Below, in pieces: positions 26,271-38,422 of a DNA stretch of 64,000 bases (position 1 is the first letter of the stretch; the number at the start of each line of letters is the position of its first letter). Position numbers and translations under genes: made by a program. This DNA is from Enoplolaimus lenunculus (lineage: Eukaryota). The stretch is taken from contig JASANG010003005.1 of NCBI GenBank assembly GCA_030248215.1, forward strand, positions 372,001 through 436,000, in the 5' to 3' direction. A model generated the notes under the pieces. That model made no database searches, was not told where the DNA came from, and saw nothing but the letters and a program-made list of their open reading frames with translations.

Positions 26271-26524
26271 CACTGTAAATTCCAATGATTTGATTAATCA
26301 ATTCAGCTAGCGAGTTGGTTATTTCTGAATTAATATCAGTATACATTAACTCACTCTGAAAGTTGAGATGATTCTCATTCTGAGTTGAGTTGACCCTGGA
26401 TGAGTTGATTAATTAACTCAGAATGAATTGAATCAACTCGAAATTCTGAGTTTTGATAGTCCTAACATCAACTGAGTGATTCAGCTCATTCTGAGTTAAA
26501 ACCAACTCACTAACATTTACAGTG
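26271..26524. mobile_element. TA-flanked MITE, family D (AACTCA/TGAGTT-rich)
   Basis: TA-CACTGTAAAT...ATTTACAGTG-TA. Other copies lie at 23436-23687, 39929-40182, 55111-55363 and 55546-55798. Confidence 0.8.
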
Positions 26525-26663
26525 TACGTGTTTATAAATGAGCGCTTTCGGTTCCAAGGCTGTAGATATTGTTATTTAGTTACAATATAAAATTTTGCAG
26601 AACTCCATAATATATCGCAGTGGTACTAATAGCGGACGTCAAAAATATGACAAGTTTACTTAA

Positions 26664-26926
26664 CCCTTTATCACATTAATATTTTCTATTTCATCTGAGA
26701 CCTACTTTTATGCTAGGATTCGAACACCAGTGACTGGAGTGGGAGGCGTATACCATCACCACTCATCTATAGGAGCTTGACGCTCGAGCTCGAAGGGGCT
26801 CTCACGTCTTGTTGTGATTTAGTACTATGTATACGTGTTGCAAGTGTTAAACACTGTACGATATATATTATTTAACGTATATACACTGCACTGAGTTGCC
26901 CATAGTCAACTCTATGTGAGAAGAGG
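26664..26926 (-). mobile_element. piggyBac-type MITE, family E2
   Basis: TTAA-CCCTTTATCACAT...ATGTGAGAAGAGG-TTCA; reverse-complement homologue of 32485-32747. Confidence 0.75.
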
Positions 26927-26993
26927 TTCATGCTGTTTAAAATGCGAATAGCGTTTAAAATAGCGTTATACTTGACACACGACTACAAGTACT

Positions 26994-27127
26994 GGCCAAT
27001 GTTACTTTTAGGGCCGTAACAGTAGATTAAGCGTATTCCTAAGCGTAAGCCTAAGGGTAATCCTAAGCAAGCCTACTCTTTTACAGACCCACCAGAAACT
27101 GGGACAGCCCTAAAAGTAACATGGGTC
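26994..27127. mobile_element. TTAGGC-bearing MITE, family B
   Basis: GGCCAATGTTACTTTTAGGGC...GCCCTAAAAGTAACATGGGTC; TSD CAAGTACT/CAAGTAAT. Confidence 0.8.
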
Positions 27128-27776
27128 CAAGTAATGGTAGATTAAATGCCAGATTATCACAGCTTAATAGTTGTTTCTAAGAAAACATCGAGCAATTATG
27201 TTAACCCCAAATCATTTTGTTGAAGCCAATGGCGTTACAGGCACTTTTCATAATGAATATTATTAAGCTGCATAGTATCAGTATTGGATGATCTTATAAT
27301 AACGCTTAGTCTTCCTATTTTTGGCTAAAGTATTACCCAAATGCATATTTTACATGTTAAACCTACTTGTTCATCGAGTAAAATTCTTGAAATCATTTAT
27401 AAATTTAGCAAAACAAATATTAACCAAACAGAAAATATATATACAGGGACAGATAGCGATGTTAAACCAGGAGCCGTTTACGGGTCAAACGTTCCTTTGA
27501 GATTTTAGACCAGAGGTATAAACTTTTCTAGTTTATAGCGCAAGAGACCATTTCTTCATAAGACTACGCGTAGCGCTGTTGATCAGACATTGATGTGTGT
27601 TTTGTATTCAACTACCATGTCACAGTTTGTTCTTATTTTGAAAATTTTTGGTTATTTGAGCTTCTCATGACTTCCCCTAATCATTTGAAGACAGGATTGG
27701 ATTCTTTGTCTTAATACTTCAACTACGTATATGTGTTAAGAAATTCTAATTACAGTATTAATTTTATTCACTTATA

Positions 27777-28121
27777 CTCTCTATAAACTTAAACTTAAAT
27801 TATAGCTTAACTAAACTTGAATATCAGTTTAAGTAAAACTTAAATGGCTGGACGGACTAAACTAAAGTAGAATGTTAAGGTTTACTTAAACTAACGTGTT
27901 TTTAAGTTTAACACAAGTTTAAGTAATCTTAGTTTTAGATTAAGTAACAAGTGCTGTCGTGTATCTAAGTGTTCAATAAGTTTAGCTTAAAGTGAAAATA
28001 TGAAACATTTTAAATGAGTTTAAGCGTAAACCCGCCTGTTAGTTTAGTTAATCTAAACACTTAGCTTAAAACTTGTGGATTAGCTTAAACTTAAATCAAG
28101 TTAGTTTAAGCTTTTAGGGAG
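27777..28121. mobile_element. TA-flanked AT-rich MITE, family I
   Basis: TA-CTCTCTATAAACTTAAAC...GTTTAAGCTTTTAGGGAG-TA. A partial homologue lies at ~22910-23142. Confidence 0.7.
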
Positions 28122-28589
28122 TAGTAGTATTCTCGTCAGGTGAATTTTAATTTACAAAATTCATGTTTTCCTTTATATATTCTGTTATTGCGTGCCATGA
28201 TAAATATAAGGTTATGAAGACATTTAGACAAACACCTTAGCGAAACCAAAATTACTAAAATATGGAAATAAAGTTTTGGATTTGTGCAAAATACGGTTGT
28301 GAACTATTGTATTACTTAGGACTGCTACATCATGAATTTAAATTCAAGAAAACGTGGACTGAAATTGAAATATTTTGACAAAATAAACATCGGTCAAAAT
28401 GCGTTGCGTGATGCTTGTAAATTGTAAGCTTCATGCACGCAATGACACCAAGTTTGCGCATCCGGCAGATGTTTTTGTGAAACTTCGATGTAAAGATCCG
28501 TTATTTTTAACATGTAAACACCGGATTACTGTATTTTGTTTCTTGTAGTTGCAATGAAACGTCCGCAATTATACGTCCCCTCAAAATAT

Positions 28590-29505
28590 TGGCCACAGAG
28601 CCATAATTGTAGTATAAGCGTGTTCCTAAGCCTAAGCCTAAGGGTCAGAATAAACTTATATATGCGGCGTTCACGTTACAACTGGAGCAATTGGGACACG
28701 TTTTGTCACATGTTGATTCGACATCAACCTAAATTTTTGGTACTATCATATGATACGGAAAGACAAAAGTTGAATATATTGTGATATTGCTATACAAAGC
28801 ACGGGTACACAGATTATCTCAACATACAAGTGTTCGAATGTCACGTGACCCTATCAGACATGTTGGTGAATATCATATGATATTCCAAATTAACAGCATC
28901 ATGTGATAGTTTACGTGTATTATATGGTATTCCACTATGTTGTTTAAAACGTATCATAAGACAGTCTCCCAAATTTTGAATATTCACGCCAAAAATATAA
29001 GTTTTTCGTCATATTTTGAATTTTCCCGCCAAAATTTGAATTTTCCCGCCAAAATTTGAATTTTCCCGCCAAAAATATAAGTTTTTTGCCATATTTTAAA
29101 TTTTCCCGTCAAAATTCAAATGTCTCATTATATTATTAGTATTGCTATTTACATTGTCTCGTCATGTCGTATAATACTGACGGCACATGTCTGTTAGTGC
29201 CATAAATATTCCGTCATACGCAACGCTAGCTATGTACTAACTCAGCAGACAAATTTATGATATTGAAAGACCAAACGTGATCGATGCGTGATGTTAGCAG
29301 ACAATCACTGTTGTTGGAATACCATATTGGGTTACATCGCAGACAAAATGTTACCCAATATATAAAACGTGACAAAACGTGACCCAGCTGCACCATATAT
29401 AACGTGAACCCCGCATAAGTCTAAGCAAAAAACTTAGCGTAAAGCTTCAGCTTTCTCTATTACAGTCCCGCAGAAAAAAGTTCCATCCCTGATTTTTACA
29501 TTGGT
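28590..29505. mobile_element. Family A MITE interrupted by a nested ~755-bp TIR element (28661-29417)
   Basis: Family A halves at ~28590-28660 and ~29418-29505. The insert has ~50-bp imperfect TIRs (TATGCGGCGTTCACGTTA...CACGTTTTGTCAC) and internal TTTTCCCGCCAAAA repeats. Confidence 0.65.
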
Positions 29506-29844
29506 CAAAAAATCCTACTTCATTAAACCTAATGTTAAAATTTTATTTCATTGATAATTCCGTCGTAAATTATTCAAATTGACTCTTTCGGTAGTGGATA
29601 TTTTAGAAAAAACTACTGAAACAAAATAGAAGGCTTTCTAGAAGAAACTGGGTTAACATCTTTAGCAAATTATATGAAACATTTTGCGAGTACTCACATC
29701 ATTCAAGCATTCTCATTGGAGTATTCAAATCGTATAATTTGAGAATTAGCGAAATAATTGGCAATTATCACTTGTGTAATTAGAGAACTTTATTCAGACG
29801 CCAAAATGTTTTCAGTCTATGTTGTTTTATCTGCCATGAATGTA

Positions 29845-30050
29845 GGACAATTCGTCGCCCGAAACCTTGTCGCCCAACAGTGTTCTAAAGCCTATTAATA
29901 AATTTAAGCATTACCCTAAAGCGTAATGTTAAGCCTAAACCTAAGACTAGGCATATCTAATGATGGGTGACGAATTGTCGAGTCGAGAAGACTTAAAGAT
30001 TGCAAGTTGTCGGTCGACGAGTTGTCGGGCTACAAATTGTCGTGATACCG
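29845..30050. repeat. Dispersed repeat, family M
   Basis: GACAATTCGTCGCCCGAAA...GGTCGACGAGTTGTCGGGC shared with ~52200-52660, where it is split by a family J insert. Confidence 0.55.
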
Positions 30051-30909
30051 TCTGCCACGTAATGTTGTAACATCCTCTGCAAGAAGTTGTTTCAAAAAAA
30101 TGAAAAATAATGACAGGAATATGTATAAATGTCAGTTGAGTTAAAATGGCTCTAGTATGTATACGTCACCTAAATCAGTATATGTTAAGCATACGGTCAC
30201 TAATTACGTTCAGCTACTCGGGCATTTGAATCTACCTTAATTAATCGAACGGGCGGCTTTTCGCCCGAACGCTTCCTAAGCCTAGGCATAAGCGTAATCC
30301 TAAGCCTAATTTTAAGCCTACACCTAGTGATGGGCATTAAATTGTGGCGTCGACAACATTTCGGATACCAAGTAAGTTTTTAGTTGACTTGGAGTTGAGC
30401 AACGAATACTCAGATGCATGTGCGTTTTTACTGAATTTTTTAATTTTAGCACAAGTGATTGTTTTGATATTTGGCAATTTAGAGAAATCAATACTTTTTA
30501 GTTTGTAGTTCGTTTCAGATATGAAAATGTCCTAAAAATTACTGTGATTTCTGCCTCATTAAACAGATGAGGTGAAATATATACATGATGTTTACTCTAT
30601 ATGTCAAAACCTGTATGTCAGTAGGGTTTTCTGTAACTCTGTTGTTATCAGATGTAAAAAATTAAATAAATATTAATAAGCCAAGATTGCTAACTAAGAA
30701 ATTCTCTTAAGGTCATTTGGGATTAAAAAACGAGGACGTAGTGCACACCTTATGATAGTGAATGATGGAATTGTTTGTGGGCAAATATAATTTAATTTAA
30801 ATCCAATATCGCAGCTTTTCTTGCGTACAATTTCAGTACAACAAATACGGTCAAGTTTTGTCTGCAATTTGAATTTGAACAAAAATTACAGGTCGCCAGT
30901 CGCTTTCAT

Positions 30910-31108
30910 GGCCCATGTAAAGATCAGTGGCGGAACGTTTTTCTGGAGTGCTAGAGTAGAGTAAAACTTAAGCTTTAGACTTATTTTTTGCTTGGCTTAT
31001 GCATAGGCTTAGGCTTAGGCTTAAGAATAAAGTCATTCTTAAGCTTAGGCTTAGGCTTAATAGGCATATGCTTATAATACTGTTCCGCCACTGTTCTTTA
31101 CAATGGCC
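30910..31108. mobile_element. TTAGGC-bearing MITE, family A
   Basis: GGCCCATGTAAAG...CTTTACAATGGCC; TSD GCTTTCAT/GCTTTCCT. Confidence 0.8.
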
Positions 31109-31230
31109 GCTTTCCTTTATCACTGGTATTTACGCTAATTTATAGTGTTAATATATGTGGTGTAACATGTGTAAGTAATGTAAGACATGCATACACGTGC
31201 ACAAATAGTACTAGAGAACAATATAACATA

Positions 31231-31352
31231 GGCCGCGCGGTGTAATGGGTCGCGCGCTTGACTCACGAGCGAGACGTCCGAGGTTCGATTCCCGGCGTGA
31301 TAATATCTTTCGGAGAAAGGGTCTTCCCGACCGTGCAGTTCTGACATGCCGT
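31231..31352 (+). mobile_element. tRNA-derived SINE-like element, family 2
   Basis: A box CGGTGTAATGG, B box GGTTCGATTCC, followed by a body shared with 20190-20295. Confidence 0.65.
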
Positions 31353-31829
31353 AGAATATTTGGTTAACACAATTTTGAACCACAAATACTTTCGGCTTGC
31401 AGCCATTATTAATAGTAAAGCTTGAAGCAGCAGATTTAATATTGCTGATAACCAATGCGCAAAAGGACTATACTTTTTATTTGTTTTCTTTCTTTTTTTA
31501 GCATATCAACGCGTCGTATAAATAAATATTTCTGGGCCTTAGGCCGAGTATATAACATTTGTTGTTATTTATTTATTAATGACGGGGTAATAAATTTAGT
31601 CACTTTTTTGGTTTTCATTTTTTAACTTTGATGAAATGTCGCTTGTTTTCTGTAAACAGTCAGCACAATGATACAACATCAAACTTAATTTTTCAGGCTT
31701 CAAAAATGACCGAATTTTTATTTTTGCGATTCTATAAATATCGATTTAAGATATATAATTTTTATTTCATTGTGATCAAAACGTGTTTTCAAGTGCAAAC
31801 ACAGCAATTGACCAGCCTTCACAACATAC

Positions 31830-31877
31830 ATATCATACATATATATACATATACATATATATATATATATATATATA
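31830..31877. repeat. (TA)n/(TACA) microsatellite
   Basis: Run of ATAT/ACAT. Similar runs lie at ~7913-7965 and ~22645-22700. Confidence 0.8.
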
Positions 31878-32484
31878 AATGCACATAATGTTGCATTAAA
31901 TTTTGTGTAGTTTACTTAAAAGTTTTGGATTTTGGGACTTTGCGATGTTGGGATTTTGCGGTTTCAATAAAATTCAGCGAAAACAATTCCTTAAGCTTAG
32001 GCTTAGGTTTAGATTTAGGATTAGTTAGTGTTTTGTCCGAGTTGCCATTTGAGCCAATTGTGACGGGACTGGTGGTCTCGAACATTAAAAAGATTGCAAA
32101 AATTCGTATTCAAATAAAAGTTCAGCTGTTCTTAATAAATGGTTCTTTGATCATCATTACACCAACTTGTAGCAACATTTGGTCCAATTTTTGATAAGAC
32201 ATCGGCCAGGCAGGACCAATCAGCCGTCGCCGAGCGGTTCTGCGGTCAGCAAAATGCAACGAGTTTCAGCGTTTTGATTTTTACGATAAACGTTTAGCGT
32301 TTCTACGAGTCAGTAAAATGTTTTCAATAAAACTTTTTTCCCTCAGTGACAACATTGAGATTGTACAGACATGTAGAGATAAAATATAATATGTTGCATT
32401 AAGATATTCAATTGCGATCAATTCTGCATAAATTGTATTTTGGCTAAATTTCACTTATTTCGTCGTTGTGTATTTCAAAATTAA

Positions 32485-32747
32485 ACCCTTCTCACATTGA
32501 GTTGCCTATAGGCAACTAAGCGCAGTGTATATACGTTAGATAATGTATATCGCACCGTGTTTAACAATTACAACACGTATACATAGTACTAAATCAGCAC
32601 AAGACGTGATAGCCCCCTCGGGCTCGAGCGTCAAGCTAATACAGCTGAGTGGTAATGGTATACGCCTCCCACTCCAGTCACTGGAGTTCGAATCCTAGCA
32701 TAAAAGTAGGTCTCAGGGGAAATAGAAAATATTCATGTGAGAAAGGG
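32485..32747 (+). mobile_element. piggyBac-type MITE with tRNA-like segment, family E2
   Basis: TTAA flanks; TIR CCCTT(T)CTCACAT; internal AGCTGAGTGGT...CGCCTCCCAC...GGAGTTCGAATCC. Confidence 0.8.
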
Positions 32748-32977
32748 TTAAAAGCATCACCTTAGTCCTCGCATTACAGTGTAAAGGTGACCATAGCCAT
32801 GAACTTAGTTTAGGGGGGCATGTTTAATTTGTATCATTTTGTTAAGTCCGTTTGTCTCTGCACGTGGGGTCTAAAACATAAAGAAAGTCACTAAACTCAT
32901 TGGAGGGATTCATGGTCCGTTTGGCCAGGCCCTGACTACGATCCGAGTGTAAATAGTCTCTAGGGTGGTTGAATATA

Positions 32978-33185
32978 CACTGCAAAAAATGGTGTGTCAA
33001 ATTGACTTTTTCCGAAATAGACTTTTCGGGACTACACAAACTGACTCAAATTCTACTCCGCTAGAGACAAACGTGCGACTCCGTGAATCGAATTTGACTC
33101 TGGCGGAGTCGAATTTTGACTCATTTCGTGTAGTCAAAAAGCCTATTTCGGAGACAGTCAATTTGACTCACCATTTTTTGCAGTG
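32978..33185. mobile_element. Palindromic TA-flanked MITE, family C
   Basis: TA-CACTGCAAAAAATGGTG...CACCATTTTTTGCAGTG-TA. Other copies lie at 33787-33956, 34763-34869, ~24520-24625 (partial) and 63461-63693. Confidence 0.85.
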
Positions 33186-33216
33186 TAGGAACGATATATC
33201 AAATACCAACATCAAT

Positions 33217-35620
33217 ATGAATCGGTGCTACTTAGTAATGTTTATGTTTGCAATCGCAAGTATTTCGTTGTTTGATTATGGTGCTTGCGTGCGTCGACCT
33301 GGAACTGCAGCAGCAATTGAACGACTTTGTCGACACGTTGTCATTGCAGCAGACGCCCAAGATCCGGCGCGTGTTCGAGTATTCAACGATGCGAATAGCG
33401 AAGAAATCAATTCTGCAGATGCAAACGCGATTGTACAATTGTGCAGTGTGAACAACGATGCAGTTGGATGGTCAAAACGGCATTTAAATGGTAATTGTCA
33501 GTGGTGTAATGATGGTTAGTTAGTTAATTTTAGCCAATATCTGCAATATGTTGTTAAGTTGCTTGGTTTTACGCTAATTTTCTGCGAAATTTCGGAAATT
33601 CCTTCCTGAAAATTGTGACAAAAGTAAAACGAAACGCGCTCAACAGATAAATTTTGCAAAATTATGCAAAATTCTACTACCGAAATTGCCGGAACCTCCG
33701 GCAAAAATTCTGCCGGAGCCGGCGGCCGATTTTTTGCCGGAGTCGCAGCAGGAGGTAGACCTCCGGTTGTACCCTGGTGTACACCACACTGTGAATAATG
33801 AGGAGTCAAATTGATACTCCCCGAAATAGGATCTACATGACTACACAAACTGAGTCAACGAATTTGACTTTGGCGGAGGCGAGTTTTGACTCAGATTGTG
33901 TAGTAAGGAAAAGCCTATTTCGGAGAGAGTCAGTTTGACGTACCTTTTTTGCAGTGTAGGATTTTATTTCGAGAGACTATATTAACTTGATTGAAAAGTT
34001 TTTTCGATGGGGCGTGAAAACTAGAAAATTGTTGTGTTCTAGAACCCGTATTCTCAAATCTGTGTAGCACCTATGAACAGATGGTGATAAGTTGGGTAAC
34101 TTTGAAACCAGAGCATGTTGAGGTTCGAAATTCAGCACATTTTTCGCGTTTGATTTGATCAATTTCTGTACCAATTTTGAGATCTGCAACTGCCCATGTT
34201 CGTCAGTTGGAAAACTTATCGCTAACTGATCATAGGTGCTATACTCATTTGAGAATAGAATCAGAAGGTTATATTACAAATCATGTATGTCGAAAACGTC
34301 ACTCGGCAATATGGTATACTGTAGTGTCCTGAATAAGAGGGTGGTTAATAATAAGGTGGGGTGTTCCATATCACGTCCCAAAGAATAGCAGTCCGTATCT
34401 CTAATAAAAGTCCGTTATTTCATAGACTCCATAAGTTGTAAGCAAAGTCCATAAAAGAAACCAAAGTAGAAGGACGAACGCGGACTGTTTAAATAAGTAA
34501 CAGACACTCGGACAACCCGCATATATAAGCGTTATTGAATCCAGAAAATTGGATAACGAACATTACAGTAAACAAAACTGCTTCGGACCAAGTCAGTTGT
34601 GCCAATTGAAAGAATATAAGAAGAAAGGTGTTGGGTCCAATTGTGTAAATTAAAAATAAACAGTCCCTAACCGAATAACATGGGAGCACCATCGGGAGAA
34701 TAAAATAAATATCAGCCCGTCCCACTTATTCAGATCGCTACAGTAGTAAAATAATGACTGTACACTGCAAAAAATTTGACTCTGGCGGAATCAAATTTTG
34801 GCTCAGTTTGTGTAGTCAGGAAACGCCTATTTCGAAGAGAGTCAATTTGACTCACCATTTTTTGCAGTGTAGACAGGATTTGATTTAGAGAAGATGTAAC
34901 CTGATTAAAAAGTTTGTGTCATCGAGCAACGACCGACGAAAGTGTTTGGGCACCCTAAGACCCAGGTCCTATCGAATGTTGTCAATATGGTTTTCTCTCG
35001 TGCCTCCAACAAATCTTAGTGAAATGTATTTTTTCTATACTCGTTTGCATACGCCTTACTACTGTTTGCGTATTCGGTTTACATTTCCGTTATTTTGATC
35101 TGTATCCGGTTCTGTTTCCGATATGTTATGTAACCATCTGTTTTCACCCTGCCATAATCTAATCATTAAAATAATACCTACTTTCAGGACCGTAAACTGT
35201 TGATTAACGATATTCCTAAGCCTAAGCCTAATCGTAAGTGTTCAAAATGTGTAATCGTAATTCTAAAGCTTAAGCAAAAAATATAGTCTAAAATTTAAAC
35301 CTACTGTTTTGCAGTCCAACCAGAAAATGGGACGTCCCTGAAAGTATATTATTATCAATATGGAATTCGGGCCCATGTCCAAGGTAGGACCGGGGGGCTG
35401 AGCTCCCCTGAAAATATTTTGACCCCTTTAGAAAATCTTAACCGTTGTAGTCATTGAAAACTCTTATATGCTCATCCAGAATAATTGTTAACCCTCCCCC
35501 TGGCAAGGTGAGCTGACTATGGGCCTGATGGAGTTTAATACATTTACAGACCCTATGATACAAAAGAAACAATCAGATCAATACGAATTTATTCGATTTG
35601 GCAAACGAGAATCTCAGTGA
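33217..35620 (+). CDS. RFamide (FMRFamide-like, FLP-12/FLP-8-like) neuropeptide precursor, 2 coding exons, about 114 aa
   Basis: Exon 33217-33490 (donor GTAATT, phase 1; alternative in-frame donor after 33514) joins exon 35550-35620 (acceptor tttacag). Protein: MNRCYLVMFMFAIASISLFDYGAC (signal-like) ...ERLCR...VQLCS...GWSKRHLNDPMIQKK-QSDQYEFIRF-G-KR-ESQ*. It has dibasic cleavage sites and an amidation Gly. Confidence 0.8.
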
Positions 35621-37169
35621 CCGGAACCAGGAAGATGGTTATCGTTTAAACGTTTAAATGTGTTTACGTTACGAAGACGAGTTACCTGCTGTTAAGCTTT
35701 TTCAGCTACGTATTTTATGGTCAAAAACTTTAATTAGATTTATAGCCGAATCCAAAACATTTTGACGGGGGCGGTGGGCTGCTAAATATTATGAAACCCA
35801 AAAATAGTAAGGTAGAGACCTTATTGTTTTATCACCAAAAAATTTTCTGAATGAGAAAAATTGTTATAGGTAGACGGACCTTACCATTTTATCACAAACA
35901 AATTCTGCGGGAAAATTGTAACAAATTGTAAGGCAGAGAGACCTTTTCATTTTAACGCAGCAAAATTTCTGACTTGTAAACAAAGTAATGCTGGAAAGTT
36001 GCCCAAAACACGTATGTGGGGCATTTCAGCTTGAATATATTTCCATCTGCTTTATGTCACAAAATCCGTCGGCCCACGTTACACTTATTAGGACCGTCCT
36101 GTTTCTGTTGGAATTGAAAAAGAGTAGGCTTATATTATAGACTGTATTTTTTGCTTAGTGCTACGCTTAAGCTTAGGCTTCGGTTTACACGAACAGCTTA
36201 CATGGGCCCAATTGCTTGAAAAATACCCACAAGATTATTGAAGATACAAGAAAAATCGGTGCCAAAATTTCCGGAAAATCAAACAAAAACGAATTGTTTT
36301 GAAGTTTGCCGATTTTAACCACTGGCTGCGCATTCTACTGTTCGGAGTATGATCTGAATGAAATAAATGTACAATATTTGTATGCTTTAATACTAGTGTT
36401 AGATGATATACGAAAACTAAATTCAATTGGTTCATGCAAGTAAGTGTTGATGTCCGGCGCCGTCCCGCAAGGTACCAATGACCGTCCTGACAATTCTCAA
36501 AGTATAGGAACAACTTAACCTTAAGTTTATATGCAGTTAAGTATTTTGAGCATTTCAAAACTTTAAATATGAAGTCTTATGAAATCATAAATAACCGGAC
36601 CCAGATTTTTGAAAATAAACCAATTCAATGGAGCGTCGTTTTCACTAGATTTTGTTATTTGTTTAAAGGTACAGCTTAAAGTTTTCAATTACAGTTACAT
36701 TTTGACAATCAGCGAAATAATTTACTCTGCTACTGAGAATACTTACTAACAAAAACAAACAGATTTGCAAACAAACGAAAACATGGGCAAAATTTATATG
36801 TTATATATATCATCTTAACAACTCATAACCGAAAAATCCGAATTCGGGCATCGGAATAGAAGCCAGTCGGAATCGAAATCGGAAGCCAAATTTTTTCGGA
36901 ATTTTAGCAGGAATCGCAATTCCGTTGGAACCCTGGCCGTCCGTAACCGTGCGTCACTCGTACGGCGCCGTCCAGTCACCGTCTGTCACCCGTACGACGC
37001 CGTCAGTCACCGCCCGTAACCATATGTTATCGTACGTGAGTAATTTGCGTACGATACTGCCACCGGTCGGCGCCGTACTGGTGACGGACAGCGCCGCAAA
37101 TGAAAACAAGGATAGCGCAACCCCAATTCTCTCAGGCAAACACGCCTGTTTCTTGTTGTTAGCCCAATT

Positions 37170-37334
37170 GGACAATGTAAAGAACAGGGGCGGAATAGTA
37201 TTATAACCATATTCCTAAGCCTAAGCCTAATCCTGAACCTAATTGTAAGAATGAGCGTATTCCTAAGCTCTAAGGCTAAGCCTACTATTCGATCCCCGCC
37301 GAAAAACGATCCGGCCCTGTTCTGTACTTGGGCG
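37170..37334. mobile_element. TTAGGC-bearing MITE, family A
   Basis: Family TIRs; perfect TSD GCCCAATT. Confidence 0.75.
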
Positions 37335-38230
37335 GCCCAATTTATACGTGGACGTTTGACAAACTATTGAGTTTGTATCGCGTAACAAACATCCACATTG
37401 TTTTCAAACGCTGAAATTGACCGGTTAATACAAAATTTACGCAGTTTATACAAACGCGTTTGTGCCACGAATACTGTGATCAGTGTTACATTTAGGGCCG
37501 TAACAGTAGATTAAACGTATTATTAAGCGTAAGCCTAAGCCTAAGCGTTGAAAAAAATATCTTCCTCAGCGCATAAGCCTAAGCAAAAAATTGTAATCTA
37601 GAATCGAAGCCTGTTCTTTTACAGAACCCAATAGAAAACAGGACGAACATTAATGTAACATGGGCCAATACTCTGTAATGAATAATGTTTTAAATATCTT
37701 TTATAAGACGCTGAACTTGCTTATAAGTGGTCATTGAAAGCTTACGGTTTAAATATCGACGGTCAACTCTCGTCATGAATGTTAAAGAAATTTTCAACAG
37801 GGTACAAAACATGACCGCTCGACCCTGTCACGAGTCATGTACAGATCAGGGGCGAACCGCTTTTCGCCGTGGGACAGCTATGTAATAAGTTTCACCTTTA
37901 AGCTTTACGCAAATTTATGTTAGGCTCCAGGCTTAGGCTTATACTTAATAAGTATAGGTTTATCCTTGCGTTGAGGATTAGGCTTAGGCTTAGAATTATG
38001 CTTATATAAAGCGTTGTTACGGCCCTGACTGATGTTTTGGCCTCTCCGGAAACAAAAAAAATGGTATAATCACAATTTCTCAGAGCTGGAGTATCAGCTA
38101 TGTGTAAGCTGACATTTCCAGTTAAAAAATTTGTGGTTAAACAGTTAATTTCCGGTAGAATGCGACTCTGCAATTCCGTCCAGTTGCTGGGTTAAATCAA
38201 TATCATCATTTGGGGGTGGCACCCCTGGAC

Positions 38231-38422
38231 GGCCCATGTATAGAACAGGGCCGGAACAGTAGTATAAGCATATTCCTAAGCCTAAGTCTAAGCGTATGGA
38301 TGAGCCTATTCCTAAGCTTAAGCCTAAGCCTAAGCGCTGATCAAAAAACTTAGTCCAAAGCTTAAACTGACTGTATTAGAGCCCCTCCGGAAAACGATCC
38401 GGCCCGGTTCTATACATGGGCC
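38231..38422. mobile_element. TTAGGC-bearing MITE, family A
   Basis: Near-perfect TIRs GGCCCATGTATAGAAC(A/C)GGGCCGGA; flanked by duplicated CCTGGAC. Confidence 0.85.

Noticed and set aside
32965..33216. N-terminal 84 aa of the 184-aa ORF
   Set aside because: This is read-through of a family C MITE from a GTG; the signal-peptide protein starts at ATG 33217.
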